This document shows, piece by piece, positions 59,418 to 64,000 of a stretch of DNA of 64,000 bases (positions are counted from its first letter, which is position 1; each line of letters starts with the position of its first letter). Below the pieces are notes generated by a model. The model was not told the origin of the DNA and made no database searches. It was given only the letters and a program-made list of their open reading frames with translations. Source of the DNA: Balamuthia mandrillaris (lineage: Eukaryota); contig JAVKOQ020000048.1 in assembly GCA_031835245.2 (NCBI GenBank), forward strand, positions 62,001 through 126,000, given 5' to 3'. A program made the position numbers and the translations under genes.

Positions 59418-61470
59418 ATGATGCAGTCTGCAATGAAGCGAAGAGACGAGCTTCACCCTTTTGGCGAAGGGCTAAGTGCTTTCTTTCAAACCCTTTCCGT
59501 GGAAGACCTAGCACGAGCCGCCGAGGGACCGGAAGGCAAAGGCGGAAAGCTTCATCGGATCCGTGCTTCCGTGGTAGAGGCAGCTGCCGAATATGTTCAA
59601 AGCGCAACCCGTGTTGAAGTTGGTTCGTTTGGATCGTTGTCTCTCAGCTCCTTTCCGGACGAAGTGCTGGTTTGCATCTTTTCTCACCTGTCGGGGAAGG
59701 ACGTCTGCCATGGCGTGGCGCCGACCTGTCGCCGGTTCAAAGCCATCACCGACGACGACTACTTGTGGCTGGAGCTTGTACGAAAGGTTGTGGAGAATGA
59801 AAAGCAAGAAGAAATGCAAAGACGACGGCCACAAAACTCTTCTTCGTTGGCAAAAAAAGAAGTAAAAGACAAGGAACGACAAACTGAAGAAGAGGAGGAG
59901 GAGCAAGAACAACCGGAAATAGTTGACCAGCCGGACGGACAGGAAGGAGGAGGGCAAGGTAGTAATTCCGGAAGAGCCGAGGTTTCTGCTTCGGATGAAC
60001 AGGGAGCGGAACCTTCGAGTTCGTCGGGTGCTTCTTCCTCGCCTTCCTCCTCCCGAAGGGCGGTCGCTGGAGAGGACGATGGCAGCGAGAGCGGAGAAGA
60101 GTCCGCTTCATCGTCGTCAACGAGAGGCGAGCCAGCAGAAGAAGAGGAGGAGACATCACTTGCTCTCATTAAACCCGCCAACACCACCTGGAAGTGGTTG
60201 TACAAAGCGAAAACGGTTAGTATGTTGGGCTAGGCTTTGTTTATGTTTTTAGCTAGTGGTGTTCATTCATTTCTCTTACTCCTTCATTTCTCTTTCTGCA
60301 TGGTAGATAAGGACACAGCTGAATGACCCGGAATTCACCGGTGTAGGCAAGTATTGTTGGCCCGGAGGGAACTCGTACTACGAGGGAGAGTGGCTCAAAG
60401 GAAAACTTCATGGTAAAGGCGTCAAGCACTGGGAAAATAATGGTACTTTCCTTTTCTTGGTTCATTCAGATTCAATCTTTATCTCTTTTAACAACAAGCC
60501 AAACATGCAATACAAACAAACAGAATACTATGCTGGAGAATGGAAAGACGGCATGATGGAAGGAAAGGGATTCTATCGCTGGTCGGATGGCGCCACTTAC
60601 AACGGGGGATGGAAGGAAGGTGTACATGAAGGACACGGCATCTACACTTGGGCGGACGGCAACAAGTACGATGGCATGTGGCACCAAGGACACCGCAATG
60701 GCTATGGCACAAGGACCTGGATCGATGGCGATGTCTTTGAAGGCGAGTGGGTCAATGGCAAACGAACTGGCAAAGGAACCTACTACTGGCCTAATGGTAT
60801 TCCTCTATCCCACATTCTTCTCTCTCTTTCTCTCTCTCGCCGCTTCCCTCTCGTTCGTTATTGTGCATTGCTCAATGGCTTTTTATGACGTTTTTCTTTT
60901 CAGGGAGTAAGTACACGGGCGAGTGGTTGGATGGCTGTCATCATGGTTACGGAATGTACACTTGGTTGGATGGTAGAAAGTATGAAGGCTATTGGGCTAC
61001 CAGCAAAAAACACGGACAAGGCAAATACTACTTTAGTGATGGCTGTGTCTACACCGGATTTTGGGATCAGGTTTCGTTTTTTTCGCTCTTTACTTCTCTT
61101 CGGTCCCTCTCGGGTCTGCTATCTCACACCAAAATCTTTTCCTGCAAACTTTCGTATGCTATAACAGGGTCATAGGCATGGAACTGGAACGATGACATGG
61201 GCAGATGGAACACGATACGTGGGCACTTGGGAGCGCGACAAACGAGTTTCCAGGTCCATCTTTGCGACGTTTGATAAGACGTTGGTGACCTGCTCCCAAG
61301 CCAAACCTTACGACAACTATTTCGCGGAGGAGGAAAGCGTTTGGGAGAGGAAGTACAGAGCGGACATTACGACCCGCCGGCAAAAGGCTTTGGAGGAGCT
61401 CAAAAAGAAGAACCAGCGACTACCCTTTCCTCTCAAAGAGAACCAGGTGCTGGCATCGGAGAGCTTATAG
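59418..61470 (+). CDS. F-box plus MORN-repeat protein (multi-exon)
   Basis: FPDEVLVCIFSHL...CRRFKAITDDDYLW, followed by ~8-9 YxGxWxxGxxxGxG repeats. Confidence 0.9.
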
Positions 61471-61832
61471 TTTTTCTAATTGTTGTGCAGAGAGAGAGAG
61501 AGAGAGAGAGAGTTTATCGCTTGTGATTATTTTTCTTTGGCGTAACGTTGTACCTTAAAAATGGAAACTTCAGCGTCGCCTATTTAAGGTGGGTGACGTC
61601 ACATCCAATTTGTTGCCGCCGTGCACCACTTGTGCAGCCCCGCCGACAAATTATTAATTTGTTAAATACGCAAACACGTAAAAAAGGAGAAAAACAAAGT
61701 ATTACAGCTCAAACGACGAAAAAAATCAAACCTCCTGGACCAGAGGAGAAGGGAAGCAAAGCCAGCAACTGCTTGAACGAACGTAGGAACCCGCCTCTGC
61801 CTTGCCCTGCCCTGCCTGCACGCCCACCCGCC

Positions 61833-62373
61833 ATGACGACGGTACGACCTGGGAAGGACATACTCCGTCCCGACAGGAAGGACTTTAAGAAAGGCGGGAC
61901 GGATCCCAAGGCCGCCATTGTATTCGAATCGTTACAGGTGTGTTTTTTTTTTGTTGCTTTGACTTTTGTTTTTTTTTTAACGTTTTGTTCTTTTTTTTTT
62001 TCGGGTTGAAGAACATGAGGGAAGCAAAGCCAGTGTTATTGGAGCTGATGAAGAGCGTTGCAAAGTATCAACAACTTTTACGGCGTACCACACTCGTTTC
62101 TTCGTGTTCTTTTCCTTGTTGATGTTCTTCTGCCTCTTCTTCTTATTGTTCTTCTGCTTCATCTCCTTCTTGTTATCTGCTTCTACTTCTTCTTGTGCTT
62201 GTTGGTTCCTCTTTCTTTCTCTTTGTCTTTCATCTGAATGCTGATTATTTTCTGGCGGTCAGTTCTGAACGAAGTAGGACTTGGAATAGCTGAGCTGGTC
62301 TCTCAACTTTCCACTCTTCACACTGGAGATCTTGGTATGCCTTCTTTGCTTGCAACTTCTCACTTCTTTCTAC

Positions 62374-62406
<33 letters not shown>

Positions 62407-64000
62407 GTATTCTCTCCAGCTAAATATTTTTGTTAAAAAACAGGAGAGGGAATAAAAACGTTAAGCCAACACTTTGAAACTGTAGAAAAGAAGAAGGAGG
62501 TCTATGCTGAGAGACTGCAGCTGGATATTCTTGATTTTTGGACGCCCGCCAAAATAGAGAACGACTACAAAGACGTCATTGTAAGTCCTTTCCTTCGTTT
62601 AAAGTTATTTTTATTTATTCTTTTTTCGTTTCGTTGTCCTAGTCTTAGTCATCTTGTCTTGGTCTTTTCCTTTGCGTTTTAACTCTCGATAACAACAACA
62701 AAAGAACATGGAAAAACAATTTAAAAAACAAAGACAACAAAGTCTTTCCTACATTCGAAAACTGGAGCAAAAGACCAACAAAGCTCAACGGAACAAGAAG
62801 AAACCAGAGCTCTATCCTCAAATGATAGGAACGTTAACGCAAGCCATTCAAGACCACGACAAGATGTTGGCGGACAGCTTGAGAGAGGTCATTCGAGTGG
62901 AGCGAAAACATCTTTGCAAGTTCCTGAAACAGTTTCACAAAGTCAACATCGAAGAAATGGACTATCATAATGTTGGTATGAAGTCACTGGAGGAGAAGCG
63001 ATTGTACTTGAGAGAGCTCTCAGGAACGGAGGAAGCAATTCCACCAGAAGTGGAGAAGCTCATCACAGAATCTGCTCCTGAAACTATGCTTAAGAAGTTA
63101 CACGAGGTTTCTCTATTTTCTTTACTTTCTTTCCTAGAGTCATTTTCTTTCTTCTTTTTCTTTGCTTCTTCTCAACCATATTTCTTAACAAAAACAAGGC
63201 GCACCAAAGTGGATTCTATGACATGTCTTACTCCTATTCGACCATCGAGAGCGCACCAGAAGAAGAGGAATTCAACCTAGAGCCCATTCCACAAGACCTC
63301 TCCGACCTTCCACCGCCTCCCCCGGAATCCATCTACTTTGGCTCAACCCCTTTGCAAGGACCAGCTGGTCACCCTCCCGCTACCATCGCAACTTCTACTG
63401 TTGGTTTTAGTCTGGGTGGCGCAGGAGGCGGAGGAGGACGCATTCAAAGCGCTCCAAATACGATGGCTATGCCGCCACGCCCAGCGAGGAGCCCACAAGT
63501 ACGGGCCAGTTCTCCTGGCACTTTCTCAACTCCTTCTAAGCCAGGTACATGCCTTCTTTTGTGACGTAGCTTCGACGTTTTTTTATCTAATGTATTGTTG
63601 TTTTATAGCAATACCACTCCGGTTGTCCAGCAGCCCTCGCGCCACATCCTCTGTCTCCCCTTTAAATCAGCACGCTAATAACTTTGCCTTTCGCTCAGAA
63701 CGTAATATAAGTACGTCCATCATCTTTTTCCAAACAGGCCTCTCCTCATAATGTTAACCACGTTTGTGCTCTTTCTTCTTCCTTGTTTCTTCTTTCATTC
63801 TTTCTGCTTCGTTCATTCTTCTCCTGTGGTTCCATCCTTGAAGGTGCCATCGACCGACGGAGAAGATCCAAAAGTCTAGGAAGAATCGATGTTACCGCAA
63901 ACCAAATCATGCAAACGGGCTCTCAACCAACAAGCCCGGGAGGAGAAGAACCCCCTCCCACTCCCCCACGCACCATCCAAACATCCTCCTCGATGGTTTC
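61833..64000 (+). CDS. IMD/I-BAR-like helical domain protein with Pro-rich tail (runs off window end)
   Basis: Helical exons (GDLGEGIKTL, EKQFKKQRQ...KLEQKTNK, LREVIRVERKHLCKF) resemble the IMD, followed by PPPPP-rich sequence. Confidence 0.7.

Overview
Gene-dense, intron-rich eukaryotic nuclear DNA from a free-living amoeba. The 18S matches diagnostic Balamuthia mandrillaris primer/probe sequences as I recall them; this was not database-checked. About 20 protein-coding genes flank a central ~12.7 kb island (~21.0-33.7 kb). They include asparagine synthetase, an RNI-like LRR protein, RhoGAP, ROK fructokinase, a 2H phosphodiesterase, an ERG2/sigma-1-like protein, a USP47-like DUB, a StrG-like oxygenase, MRPL32, mtIF2, a beta-lactamase-family hydrolase, a PTTG1IP-like protein, SLC13, CHMP2B, EMC1, a CAR-like NRPS, CWC15, F-box/MORN and I-BAR proteins. 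The island holds one minus-strand rDNA unit in AT-rich LTR-retrotransposon debris, and its 28S is broken by a ~1 kb foreign segment. Highlights: (1) an intronless carboxylic-acid-reductase-like A-T-R enzyme with an unrecognised tandem N-terminal domain plus a ZZ-like zinc finger; (2) a secreted Cys-repeat / sigma-1-ERG2 fusion; (3) an orphan 5.8S copy upstream of RhoGAP; (4) the disrupted 28S; (5) a recurrent intergenic TGTCGACA palindrome; (6) CpG depletion extending from the island into mtIF2. Exon boundaries were read by eye, and CDS coordinates span introns.
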